Positions 19,222-27,995 of a stretch of 64,000 nt of DNA are shown here, in pieces. The notes beneath the pieces were generated by a model that was given only the letters and a program-made list of their open reading frames with translations, did not search any database and was not told the DNA's origin. This DNA comes from a virus. Both the position numbers and the translations under genes were made by a program. How positions within the stretch are numbered: position 1 is the stretch's first letter; each line of letters begins with the position of its first letter. The DNA lies in IMG/VR virus record IMGVR_UViG_3300046787_000438, positions 88,412 to 152,411 of that record; one strand, written 5' to 3'.

Positions 19222-19383
19222 ATGTATGGTTTGGACTTGACAGACCCAATGGTTAAGAAGGCTTACCAATTGGGATTTAACGATGGCCTGACCTGCGCGG
19301 TAGATAACGCGAAGGAGTTCGAGTACATCGACGAAGAGCAGGCAGATGACCTGCTTACTGAACTAGTAGAGATTGAGGCCTAG
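19222..19383 (+). CDS. small hypothetical protein (not in ORF track)
   Basis: SD AGAAAGGGG; 53-aa ORF MYGLDLTDPMVKKAYQLGFNDG... Confidence 0.65.
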   Translation: MYGLDLTDPMVKKAYQLGFNDGLTCAVDNAKEFEYIDEEQADDLLTELVEIEA

Positions 19384-19385
19384 TC

Positions 19386-19868
19386 ATGGGATTAGATATG
19401 TACCTTGAGGCACGCCGCTTTGTTAGCGGGTACGCGCACTCGGATGCAGCAGAGCGACAAATTTACGATACCGTTCTCGATGCAATCGGCCAGAGCGGTA
19501 AGGGTGATGAGCGGTTCGTCTATGTCAACTTCAACGTTGCGTACTGGCGCAAGACCAACCACATTCATAACTGGTTTGTGGCCAACGTTCAGGGCGGCGA
19601 GGATGACTGTAAGTCTTACTACGTCTCTCGCGAGAAGTTGCTGGAACTCGAGCAGTTGTGTAGGGACGTTGCTTCTAACGGAACCGAGGAGTACGCGCAA
19701 GAACATCTACCTACGGGTTCAGGTTTTTTCTTTGGCGGTACAGACTACGACGAGTACTACTTTGAGCAAACCGACTGGACAGCAAAGCGGCTTGCCGAGA
19801 TACTGGTAAGCATCCCAGAGAAGCCGAGCCTCACAGGTATCGACTTCTACTATTCAGCAAGTTGGTAG
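19386..19868 (+). CDS. MGLD-family phage protein
   Basis: MGLDMYL, YWRK.NHIHNWF, GFFFG.T.YDEYY, YYSASW. Confidence 0.75.
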   Translation: MGLDMYLEARRFVSGYAHSDAAERQIYDTVLDAIGQSGKGDERFVYVNFNVAYWRKTNHIHNWFVANVQGGEDDCKSYYVSREKLLELEQLCRDVASNGTEEYAQEHLPTGSGFFFGGTDYDEYYFEQTDWTAKRLAEILVSIPEKPSLTGIDFYYSASW

Positions 19869-19928
19869 AAGCGGCATGCGGCGAGCGCGTTCCAAATCAA
19901 GGGCGTGCGCTCGTTGTATGCTACTATC

Positions 19929-20234
19929 ATGCGCTCACTAGAAGTACACCTGTTCGAAACCGACTCTGACCTAGACTCTGCTATCGCTAGCGGAGCTGTA
20001 CTACCAGAGCAACTCATCCGAACCGTATGCATCGATTGCCAAGGACCAGTAGGTTTTGCTGGACTGGAGTTCGAACCCTTCGTTGTAGTCATAGACGAGA
20101 ATGACCAAGACTGGTTAGCATGCACCGATTGCGCAAAAGCTATCCTCAACTACGTGGACACATTCTTTCCGCCAGTCACAAAAAGTCACTTCGCTCATCA
20201 CCTCACAGATGACGAAGAATTCGACGCCTTCTAA
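19929..20234 (+). CDS. CxxC-containing hypothetical protein
   Basis: CIDC, CTDC; leaderless TACTAT. Confidence 0.6.
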   Translation: MRSLEVHLFETDSDLDSAIASGAVLPEQLIRTVCIDCQGPVGFAGLEFEPFVVVIDENDQDWLACTDCAKAILNYVDTFFPPVTKSHFAHHLTDDEEFDAF

Positions 20235-20235
20235 C

Positions 20236-20300
20236 TGTATTTATTTTTTGTCCAACACGCCGTAGTTCGTGTTGCGTAATGTTATACCCTTTGCTATAGT
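20236..20300 (+). promoter_or_regulatory. 17-mer TGTATTTATTTTTTGTC copy 1 + promoter
   Basis: motif 20236-20252; TTGCGT 20272, TATAGT 20295. Confidence 0.8.
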
Positions 20301-20329
20301 TGGATTACCAATAGAAAGGGGTTTCCCAA

Positions 20330-20848
20330 ATGGGAATGGATGTTTATGGCAAGAACCCAGTAAATGAAACTGGGCAATACTTCCGCCGAAATGTGTGGGG
20401 CTGGCATCCTCTATGGGGTTATGTGGAAGACACTTACCCAGAGATTGCCGAACTGGTCGAACACGCACACAGCAACGATGGCGATGGCTTGGGTGCGAGA
20501 AATGCTAAGAAGTTAGCGAAACTTTTGATGAGCGATTACGAAACTGGCAAAGCCAAGGAGTATGTCGAGGAACGCAACAAGGCTATTTCAGAGTTGCCTT
20601 TTGATGAGTGCCGTCTATGTGCTGGCACAGGTATTCGCACAGACGAGATTGCGGTAAATGCTGGTATGCCAACTCAAGAGTTGCGACCAGACATTGCGAT
20701 TATCGTTGGTCGAACTCACGGAACTTGTAATGCTTGTAGTGGCCTAGGTAAGACAGAGCCTTGGGCAAGCAACTACTACCTAGAGCCAGACGACATAAAA
20801 GAGTTTGCCGAGTTCCTAGTGAACTCTGGTGGATTTGAGATTTGCTAG
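20330..20848 (+). CDS. MGMD-family protein with DnaJ-type zinc-finger insert
   Basis: MGMDVYG, CRLCAGTG, CNACSGLG. Confidence 0.75.
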   Translation: MGMDVYGKNPVNETGQYFRRNVWGWHPLWGYVEDTYPEIAELVEHAHSNDGDGLGARNAKKLAKLLMSDYETGKAKEYVEERNKAISELPFDECRLCAGTGIRTDEIAVNAGMPTQELRPDIAIIVGRTHGTCNACSGLGKTEPWASNYYLEPDDIKEFAEFLVNSGGFEIC

Positions 20849-20913
20849 ACCCTGACTAAAAGTCAAACACCTGAGCCAAGTGTCTAAACTGGCTCATCTT
20901 TTTGATTGGAAGT

Positions 20914-21006
20914 TGTATTTATTTTTTGTCTACCCCCGAGGGGCGACACGCCGAAAAAGATTTTCATAGATAGATTTGACATTCCGTAAAAAGTTTGCTT
21001 TACTTT
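20914..21006 (+). promoter_or_regulatory. 17-mer copy 2 + promoter
   Basis: motif 20914-20930; TTGACA 20976. Confidence 0.75.
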
Positions 21007-21055
21007 ACTTACTGACCAAAAGGGCAGACACGACACACGAAAGGGGCTAGTCGAA

Positions 21056-21670
21056 ATGACTACCACAGCAACAGCAACACCAAAGATTGTAGGCAACGCA
21101 CTCTACCTAGAGTTGGTTGGCGACACTACTATGCCCGAGGACAAACTACGCCAAATGCTCGGGTGGCAACACAAGGGAACTAAGCAGGTTCTCATGTTCC
21201 CCGAGTATCAGGACGACATGGGCAAGACCCACAGCGCAGTCATTATGACCAGAGTTATCACAGAGAACTCCCCACGCGCTCAATGGGACATGAACTACAT
21301 GGCTCGCAATCGTCCGAAGCCACAGTTGGCAGATAACGATTCTTACTACGCCAACTACCCAGAATACAGCAACGCCGAGTGGGACGCACTAACAAGTCGT
21401 GAGCAGTTTGAGGCTCGTAAGCGTGCCATAGCAATCCTGCTCAAGAATGTAGTGCTTGACACTTACTACTCCGAGCCAGACGCAGAGGGCAATCGCACAA
21501 CGCTCGCAGGGCAGGGTTGGGTTGTTCGTGAGGGAAAACCAATCGCAGTTGAGATTACTGACCAAGACATGACAGAACTTCACAGCGACAGCAAAACTCC
21601 ACAGGCAGTTATTCGCCGAATCAACAAAGTTCGCACGACACTTGACAAGTTCCCAGCAAAACTTGTATAG
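21056..21670 (+). CDS. hypothetical protein
   Basis: SD GAAAGGGG. Confidence 0.75.
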   Translation: MTTTATATPKIVGNALYLELVGDTTMPEDKLRQMLGWQHKGTKQVLMFPEYQDDMGKTHSAVIMTRVITENSPRAQWDMNYMARNRPKPQLADNDSYYANYPEYSNAEWDALTSREQFEARKRAIAILLKNVVLDTYYSEPDAEGNRTTLAGQGWVVREGKPIAVEITDQDMTELHSDSKTPQAVIRRINKVRTTLDKFPAKLV

Positions 21671-21714
21671 TTTCTAATAGATACACACGACACGACACGA
21701 AAGGGGCGAAAGCC

Positions 21715-22779
21715 ATGTATCAGCAAAAAGTAGTAGCAGAACACACGAACCCAGACCTAGCAGGATTGGACTTCGACAAACTGGCAGAGGCGGTTTCTAG
21801 CGCAGTATCAAGCAAGGCGTTTGGAATCACAACTTCGGTGATTGACGACTTGCTAACTCCAGCAGGACGAGCAACTATCAGAGTAAAGACAGGGGCAAAG
21901 CCTACTTCACCTATCTCACTTGATTCTCTTGTAGAATCGAAAGAGGAAAAGGCAGAGGTAAGCATGGAACTTGGTGAAACACTTGAGGGCGCAGAATCAT
22001 ACGCTCGTCCAAATGGCGACTTGTATTATGGTCGCAAGTGGGGCGAAAATGTAGATGTCGAAGTTCTACGCAAAGCACGAGAAGCAGGTGCTTATGTCAT
22101 GTTGTATGGAGTCCCTGGAACTGGTAAGACCGCTATGGTCGAAGCCGCTTTTCCAGATGAACTTTACACAATCTTGGGTTCGGGCGACACAGAGGTTTCT
22201 GACTTGGTGGGTGGCTATGTCCAGACCCCGAGTGGCGGTTTTGAGTGGGTGGACGGAGTTTTGACTCGTTCGGCACTTGAGGGCAAAGTTCTACTGATTG
22301 ACGAGATTGGTCTGATTGACCCAAAGGTTCTTTCGGTGGTCTATGGTCTAATGGACGGCAGACGAGAACTGACCATTAGCGCAAACCCAGAGCGAGGCAC
22401 TATCAAAGCACAAGAGGGTTTTTATGTCGTGTCAGCGACTAACCCAAATGTCGCAGGTGTTCGCTTGTCAGAGGCACTTCTATCTCGCTTCGCCATTCAG
22501 GTCGAAATGACAACTGACTGGGCGTTGGCAAAGAAGTTGGGTGTTCCGCAGAGTGCCGTTGTCGCTTCACAGAACTTGGCAAAGAAAATGGAGAATGGCG
22601 AAACTTCATGGTCGCCACAGTTCCGAGAGTTGCTTGCGTTCAGGGACTTGTCAAAGTTGTTCGGAACGAAGTGGGCGGTTCAGAACTTGCTCGCTTCTGC
22701 CCCAGAGATTGACAGACCAGTTGCGTCAGATGTATTCACCCGAGTATTCGGAGAGGCGATTCTGCCAGCCAAGATTTAG
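21715..22779 (+). CDS. MoxR/CbbQ/CobS-like AAA+ ATPase
   Basis: Walker A GVPGTGKT, Walker B LLIDEI, SATNP, SEALLSRF. Confidence 0.92.
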   Translation: MYQQKVVAEHTNPDLAGLDFDKLAEAVSSAVSSKAFGITTSVIDDLLTPAGRATIRVKTGAKPTSPISLDSLVESKEEKAEVSMELGETLEGAESYARPNGDLYYGRKWGENVDVEVLRKAREAGAYVMLYGVPGTGKTAMVEAAFPDELYTILGSGDTEVSDLVGGYVQTPSGGFEWVDGVLTRSALEGKVLLIDEIGLIDPKVLSVVYGLMDGRRELTISANPERGTIKAQEGFYVVSATNPNVAGVRLSEALLSRFAIQVEMTTDWALAKKLGVPQSAVVASQNLAKKMENGETSWSPQFRELLAFRDLSKLFGTKWAVQNLLASAPEIDRPVASDVFTRVFGEAILPAKI

Positions 22780-22807
22780 TAGGTGGTCGTGTCCCTACTG
22801 AAACCCC

Positions 22808-22869
22808 GAGAGTAGCGCAAGAAAAATGTTTGCGAAAACACTTGCGCTACTCTCAAAAGGGTGTATAGT
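22808..22869 (+). promoter_or_regulatory. 14-bp inverted repeat overlapping the VWA-gene promoter
   Basis: GAGAGTAGCGCAAG (22808-22821) / CTTGCGCTACTCTC (22841-22854); TTGCGC..TATAGT. Confidence 0.65.
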
Positions 22870-22908
22870 TAGACATACAACAACAAAGCCAGATGAAAGG
22901 GAAAGCAA

Positions 22909-24774
22909 ATGGCACACTACAGTTCTAAGGGAAAATCAAGACTTACCAAGCGCACTAGCGCAACTCCGTCAGAGTGGTATCGTGTTTGCTCACAGATTGG
23001 TCGTCTAGTAAACGACTGGTCATGGAGAAGCGACCTTGCCGTTTATGGTGGCGAGGATTCATGCGAGGGTCGTGCGATAGCAGGATACTACGCCGAGATT
23101 GCCGAGATTGAGATAGATGTTCGCAAGGCGTTTGGAGAGGGCGTTAGCCCAGACTTCGTTGGCGACCTAAACGAAAAGGCAACTCGCTACGAGTTCCCAA
23201 TGGTTTCAGGAATCCTATTCCATGAGGCACTTCACGCTCGCCACACAGGCTGGGACACAGCCTACTTGTCAGAGCAGTTTGAGAACATAGAAGCACAGGC
23301 GTTCATGGCACTTGAGGAATCTCGTATCGAATCTCGTGGCGTGAAAGAGCGACCAGAGAATCGTTTGTTCCTACGCACTTCGGCGTTGGACATGGCACTT
23401 GAGGGCGTAAACGAATCAGCACTCGCAAAACTTGGTGGCGACAAATGGATTACAGCGAATCTCGCAACTCTATCTATCGCACGAGTGGACGCAGGTGTTC
23501 TTGAGGTTTCAGACATCAGCGAGATTTACAAAGAGGTTGTCAGCGTTCTTGGTCAAGACTTGTTTGACGAACTACGCAAAGTTTGGATTGCGTTTCAGGC
23601 ACTAGGCGTTCCACAGATTGACGAGGCGATTGCGCTCGCTAAGAAGTGGGTCGAACTTTTGCGTGAGGCAGACCCAGAGGGCGAGCCAAACAAGGACGAA
23701 GTTGGCGACCCATTCGCAGAGGAATCTGGCGAGGGTGAGGGCGAGGGCGAAAGCGAATCTGGCGAGGGCAAGGGCGAAATGTCAGAAGCCATGAAGCAGT
23801 TGGTTTCTAAACTTTCAGATTCAGCGAGCAAGACAGAAGCAAACGCAGAGCAAGCACTTGGCGACCAAGAGCGCAAAGAGAAGTGGGACGAGGAATCAAA
23901 GGCACGCCAGAGCGAAGCGCAGAAAAACAATCAGCGCAAGCAGGAAGCCAAAAAGATTTTCGACAAGAGCCACAACGAAAGTGGTTCTGGTTCTAACTCA
24001 CGAGTAAGCGAACGCCGAGTGCCAACTGGCGCAGAGCGAGCCAGCGCAGTCCAGATTGCTAAGGCGTTGGAAAAGGCGAAGTATCGTGAGCGTTCTGTCC
24101 ATGTTCGCAAGCACCAAGCACCACAGGGTCGCTTGATTGCTCGCAACGCAGTCCAGAACAAGGCTATGGAATCTATGGGATTGCGTGGCGAGTTGCCAGC
24201 GTGGAAGTCAAAGACACGCAAGCACACAGACGACCCAACTCTCAAGATTGGTGTCATGGTGGACATCTCTGGTTCTATGGGTTCGGCTATGGAATCTATG
24301 GGAACTACGGCTTGGGTTCTATCGGAAGCAGGTCGCCGAATCCAAGCGGAAACCGCTATGATTTACTACGGCTCGGGTGTCTTTTCAACTCTACGCCGAG
24401 GTCAGCGATTGAGCGAGGTTTCTATCTACACCGCACCAGACGGAACGGAAAAGTTTGCCGAGGCGTGGGAAGCACTTGACGGCGAACTCGGATTGACTTT
24501 CACAGACGGCGTGCGTTTGTTGGTAATCGTGTCGGACGGAAACTACACACCGAAGCAGACCGAGAGTGCCAAGCAGATTCTCCAAGAGTGTAAACGGAAC
24601 GGCGTGGCAGTCTTGTGGATTACCCCGAAAGATTGCTACTCGCTTGGGGCAAGGCACATCATCAACGGCTCGGGTTGGGGAATCCACTTGGATAACCTTG
24701 ACACGAATGAGATTGCTTCACTTGTCGGCAAGACGGCAAGCGAAGCGTTGGGTAAGGTCGGCTCGCTCATGTGA
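22909..24774 (+). CDS. CobT-like zincin + VWA domain protein
   Basis: HEALH...LEESRIE, acidic G/E linker, MIDAS DISGSM, IVSDG. Confidence 0.88.
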   Translation: MAHYSSKGKSRLTKRTSATPSEWYRVCSQIGRLVNDWSWRSDLAVYGGEDSCEGRAIAGYYAEIAEIEIDVRKAFGEGVSPDFVGDLNEKATRYEFPMVSGILFHEALHARHTGWDTAYLSEQFENIEAQAFMALEESRIESRGVKERPENRLFLRTSALDMALEGVNESALAKLGGDKWITANLATLSIARVDAGVLEVSDISEIYKEVVSVLGQDLFDELRKVWIAFQALGVPQIDEAIALAKKWVELLREADPEGEPNKDEVGDPFAEESGEGEGEGESESGEGKGEMSEAMKQLVSKLSDSASKTEANAEQALGDQERKEKWDEESKARQSEAQKNNQRKQEAKKIFDKSHNESGSGSNSRVSERRVPTGAERASAVQIAKALEKAKYRERSVHVRKHQAPQGRLIARNAVQNKAMESMGLRGELPAWKSKTRKHTDDPTLKIGVMVDISGSMGSAMESMGTTAWVLSEAGRRIQAETAMIYYGSGVFSTLRRGQRLSEVSIYTAPDGTEKFAEAWEALDGELGLTFTDGVRLLVIVSDGNYTPKQTESAKQILQECKRNGVAVLWITPKDCYSLGARHIINGSGWGIHLDNLDTNEIASLVGKTASEALGKVGSLM

Positions 24775-25025
24775 GTCCCTTGCCCTAACGGAGTGCCTAA
24801 CCGATTGGATTGAGCATAGTGCCAGACCCCCCTTACTGGTCGCTCTCCTAACGGACGGGACACTAGAAGCCCCTATCAACTCTTTCCCCCATTGGTTGGT
24901 AGGGGTTTCGCCATACCCAAGACGGATAGGTGCTTGCGTGGTATTAGCGTGCTAGGGATTGACGGCTCGTCAGAAGTTCTCGTGAAAAGCAGGTGACAGA
25001 CTTTTCTGATTTTCGAGCCAGAGGT

Positions 25026-25090
25026 TGTATTTATTTTTTGTCGAAAACTTCGTATCTTGATTTGACATGACTAAAAAAGTCAGGTAAGTT
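25026..25090 (+). promoter_or_regulatory. 17-mer copy 3 + promoter
   Basis: motif 25026-25042; TTGACA 25062, TAAGTT 25085. Confidence 0.8.
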
Positions 25091-25142
25091 TGGAACTACC
25101 AAACAGGGACGAACAAGAAGTAGTCCCAAAGGGGGTGTCAGA

Positions 25143-25481
25143 ATGGCAACAGCCACTAAGACCCAAGACCAGACCCAGACGAAAGTCTTGGTCAAAGTTT
25201 CACGCAAGTTCGTTGCTATGTTGGACGAACTCAAAGATGTTCGTGCTACTTACAATCAGGCAGACAAGCGTATTGCCGAACTGCGTAAGGACATCTTTGC
25301 CGTAGTTGGCGAACAAGCCCAGACTCTAACCCACAATGGGGTTGAGGTCGCCGTAATCGTTGCCCAGACCAAAGAGGTTGTGGACATGGACTTGCTGAAA
25401 GCCAACTTCCCAGAGGTGTATCAGGCTTGCCTAGTGAGCAAGACCCAATACCCTATTCGTGCGGTATCTCGCTCGAAGTAG
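25143..25481 (+). CDS. hypothetical protein, paralog of 33399-33743
   Basis: TLTHNG.E.A...VD...L...FPE.Y.AC shared. Confidence 0.75.
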   Translation: MATATKTQDQTQTKVLVKVSRKFVAMLDELKDVRATYNQADKRIAELRKDIFAVVGEQAQTLTHNGVEVAVIVAQTKEVVDMDLLKANFPEVYQACLVSKTQYPIRAVSRSK

Positions 25482-25486
25482 TCGAG

Positions 25487-25517
25487 AGGGGCAGGGGGAA
25501 ATCCTTGCCCCTTTTTT
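25487..25517 (+). terminator. intrinsic terminator
   Basis: GGGGCAGGG/CCTTGCCCC stem + T6. Confidence 0.75.
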
Positions 25518-25529
25518 CTGAAGCGAGTA

Positions 25530-25603
25530 TGTATTTATTTTTTGTCTGCGATTCCGACCCGCCGTCAAAAGTTGTGGCGAATGTCGCAACGCCGTAGTAA
25601 GTT
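25530..25603 (+). promoter_or_regulatory. 17-mer copy 4 + promoter
   Basis: motif 25530-25546; TGGCGA 25575, TAAGTT 25598. Confidence 0.75.
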
Positions 25604-25629
25604 AGAACTATAAGAAAGGGGAGTTCACA

Positions 25630-25965
25630 ATGAGTGAGCCATTAGAACTACAAGACATAGCAGGACTTAGCCTGACGATTATTGGCGTGTTGATTGAGAG
25701 TTATGTGAACGAGGGATACGCCGACCCAACAATGTATAAGGCGTTGTCTGCGACTGCCGAACTAGCAGAGCAGTTTCAGGCACGAGCAAAGTATGACAAC
25801 GCACCTAGCGATGTTGTCGAATCTATCGCCGACTTGCTAGTGAATCTCAAACTCACAGCGATTGAGTGCGGAGAAGTTGTAGAGCGAATCATCAAAGAGC
25901 AGGGAATCGAAGTCAAGGGCGATTGGTCTGCCCACACTTGCGACGACCCAGAACACGACCACTAG
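25630..25965 (+). CDS. hypothetical protein
   Basis: SD AGAAAGGGGAG. Confidence 0.75.
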   Translation: MSEPLELQDIAGLSLTIIGVLIESYVNEGYADPTMYKALSATAELAEQFQARAKYDNAPSDVVESIADLLVNLKLTAIECGEVVERIIKEQGIEVKGDWSAHTCDDPEHDH

Positions 25966-25974
25966 GAGAGAATC

Positions 25975-26277
25975 GTGAATCTAAACTTTAGAACTGCCCT
26001 CGGAGAAATCTTGCGAGAGAAGCGACACGAGTTAGGTCTGAACTTGCGTCAGGTTTCCAGCAAAGGTTTCGTGGCACTCGGATACTTGAGTGAAGTTGAG
26101 CGTGGACAGAAAGACGCTTCATCAGAAACTCTAGAAGCGATTGCTCAAGGCTTGGGCGTAGAAGTTTACGAACTTGTCGTAGAAGCAGGGTTGCGGATGG
26201 CAAATGCCCCAGACAGCCCAGAAAGTCTTTTCACTCGGAACGCCGATTGGTCAAAGCAATACGCCGACCTCTCATAG
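25975..26277 (+). CDS. XRE-family regulator, ClgR/PopR-like
   Basis: LGEILR..R...LRQVS....VALGYLSEVERGQKDASSE.L.AI. Confidence 0.85.
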   Translation: MNLNFRTALGEILREKRHELGLNLRQVSSKGFVALGYLSEVERGQKDASSETLEAIAQGLGVEVYELVVEAGLRMANAPDSPESLFTRNADWSKQYADLS

Positions 26278-26295
26278 CCCCGATAGCCACAACTC

Positions 26296-26331
26296 AAAGC
26301 CCCTAAGCAGATTGCTTGGGGGTTTTGTTTT
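26296..26331 (+). terminator. intrinsic terminator
   Basis: GCCCCTAAGCA/TGCTTGGGGGT stem + T tract. Confidence 0.75.
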
Positions 26332-26356
26332 GCCCGATTATTTTGCGCCGTGCGTC

Positions 26357-26430
26357 TGTATTTATTTTTTGTCGCAGAGTTTTCGCCACGAACGATTTTG
26401 GTTTGCCAAATGTCGGTAGCAGGGTATAGT
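26357..26430 (+). promoter_or_regulatory. 17-mer copy 5 + promoter
   Basis: motif 26357-26373; TTGCCA 26403, TATAGT 26425. Confidence 0.8.
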
Positions 26431-26457
26431 ATCGAACTATCAAAGAAAGGGGACAGA

Positions 26458-26712
26458 ATGTCCAGCAACTATCCAGAGGGGTCAATGCGTGGTTCGGGTA
26501 TCTATGCCGAGGACTACACAGGAACTTTTTATTGCTCGGCTTGTGATGATGAATACTCGCTAGATGGAACTACTGACGATTGGGGCTACAACGCTTCAGC
26601 CGAATGTCCAGACTGCGGTGCGACTTTGGAGGTAGAACTTCCAAGCCGAGAAGAACGAGATGAGGACGCTGATTACGATTCTTATCGTGATAGCCAAATG
26701 GATTGGAACTAA
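26458..26712 (+). CDS. zinc-ribbon protein
   Basis: CSAC, CPDCG; SD AGAAAGGGG. Confidence 0.75.
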   Translation: MSSNYPEGSMRGSGIYAEDYTGTFYCSACDDEYSLDGTTDDWGYNASAECPDCGATLEVELPSREERDEDADYDSYRDSQMDWN

Positions 26713-26713
26713 A

Positions 26714-26950
26714 ATGAGTCGTATCGCAAGAGAAAACCCAGAAGCAACATACGAAGAACTTTTTGATTTAGGACTGCGTGGAAGCGTGCGGGTCAGAGAG
26801 GGAGAGCAACTCCACCAATACGATTGCCGTCAATGCGGAGAGATTGTAATGGTAGACCAAGAGCAACACGAACGCTTACAGTATTTCCGTAGCCACCCAA
26901 AAGAGTTTGGGACTAGAACGCCAAAGTGCGGAGATTGTTGGGTGAACTAG
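26714..26950 (+). CDS. zinc-ribbon protein
   Basis: CRQCG, CGDC. Confidence 0.7.
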   Translation: MSRIARENPEATYEELFDLGLRGSVRVREGEQLHQYDCRQCGEIVMVDQEQHERLQYFRSHPKEFGTRTPKCGDCWVN

Positions 26951-27043
26951 CCCACCAAAGTCTTCCCCCGAATAATCAGGAACAGAGATTCCGATTCGGG
27001 GGATTTTCTTTTGTCTGGTGCGTTTTTATTTTTTAGGTTTGGG

Positions 27044-27118
27044 TGTATTTATTTTTTGTCCAGCTTCGACACACGCTCGCGGGATTGGTTTGCGGTTTGC
27101 TAGCGCTCGCCGTATGAT
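27044..27118 (+). promoter_or_regulatory. 17-mer copy 6 + promoter
   Basis: motif 27044-27060; TTGCGG 27090, TATGAT 27113. Confidence 0.8.
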
Positions 27119-27149
27119 TAGATTGTTCACAAAAGGAAGGGGTTCCCAA

Positions 27150-27539
27150 ATGGGTTCACGAACAGAATGGATTATCAAGACGAACACTAGCGATAGTGCG
27201 CTTCACCTATACAGCCACTATGGTGGAGAGTCAAAGTTTGAGGATACACAGCAAGCGCTATTCAAGGCTCAGCCTCGCTGGAACGACATTAGTTATGGCG
27301 CTCGTATCTTCACTAGCCAAATTATTGGCAACGATTGGGGCAGCGAAACTGGATTCGGCATTGCCATTGGTAATGACACAGACAACATGTTTGAGGAGAG
27401 TTACTTTCACGCCGTCATTGACTTTCCAAATCAGTTAGTTACTTTCGGTTCTATGACTTGGACTTTTGATGAGTTCGTGGTTGCCGACAACTTTCAAGAG
27501 ATTCTGGTTGAGGAGTATTGGGCAGAGGTGAGCGTCTAA
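27150..27539 (+). CDS. hypothetical phage protein
   Basis: MGSR..LYSHYGG...RWND.SYGARI...ETGFGI; SD before ATG 27150. Confidence 0.75.
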   Translation: MGSRTEWIIKTNTSDSALHLYSHYGGESKFEDTQQALFKAQPRWNDISYGARIFTSQIIGNDWGSETGFGIAIGNDTDNMFEESYFHAVIDFPNQLVTFGSMTWTFDEFVVADNFQEILVEEYWAEVSV

Positions 27540-27829
27540 TGGGCGCACTTCACGCTAACGCCATTGCCGCCGATACAGCGATTCCACTAGAGAAACAACT
27601 GGAGTGGCACTTACAAGGTAATCACTTTCCGCCGATTCCAAAATCTATGGTCATTCCATGCGAGGAAGCGATTCAGGCTTTCTGGGAAGATGACTTAGAG
27701 AGGTTGATTAGTCTTCCAGATGGAGTTGGATACAAAGGTTTGACAGTTGCCCCTGCGAGGGCGATTATTATCGAACACCACCTAGACGCCTGGTGCGTTG
27801 AGTATGACGAAGAGGATTCAGACTTCTAG
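27539..27829 (+). CDS. hypothetical phage protein
   Basis: WHLQGNHFPPIP...IIEHHLDAW. Confidence 0.7.
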   Translation: MGALHANAIAADTAIPLEKQLEWHLQGNHFPPIPKSMVIPCEEAIQAFWEDDLERLISLPDGVGYKGLTVAPARAIIIEHHLDAWCVEYDEEDSDF

Positions 27830-27851
27830 TCAATAAGAGATAGACCCCGTC

Positions 27852-27960
27852 AGCGATTAGCATTGACGCTAATCGCTTTCGGCTTGCTAGGGTTTATCCC
27901 CCTTTTCCCTAGCATGCGGGTAGCAGATTCCCCCCTTTTCTGCTACCCGCTTTTCTTTTT
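27852..27960 (+). ncRNA. three tandem hairpins with C-rich loops (candidate 3'UTR-derived sRNA/terminator)
   Basis: stems 27852-27877, 27886-27913, 27916-27950 + T tract. Confidence 0.45.
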
Positions 27961-27995
27961 GCCGTTTTGTTTTTCTTTTTTTTTGTTTTACAAAG

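Noticed and set aside
24950-25020. tmRNA/tRNA-like start GGGATTGACGG
   Set aside because: No acceptor stem, T-arm, CCA end or tag reading frame found; I recognised no tRNA gene anywhere in the window.
26896-26902. Third in-frame C_CCA_AAA heptamer
   Set aside because: The -1 frame stops after four codons and there is no downstream ORF to join; probably chance.
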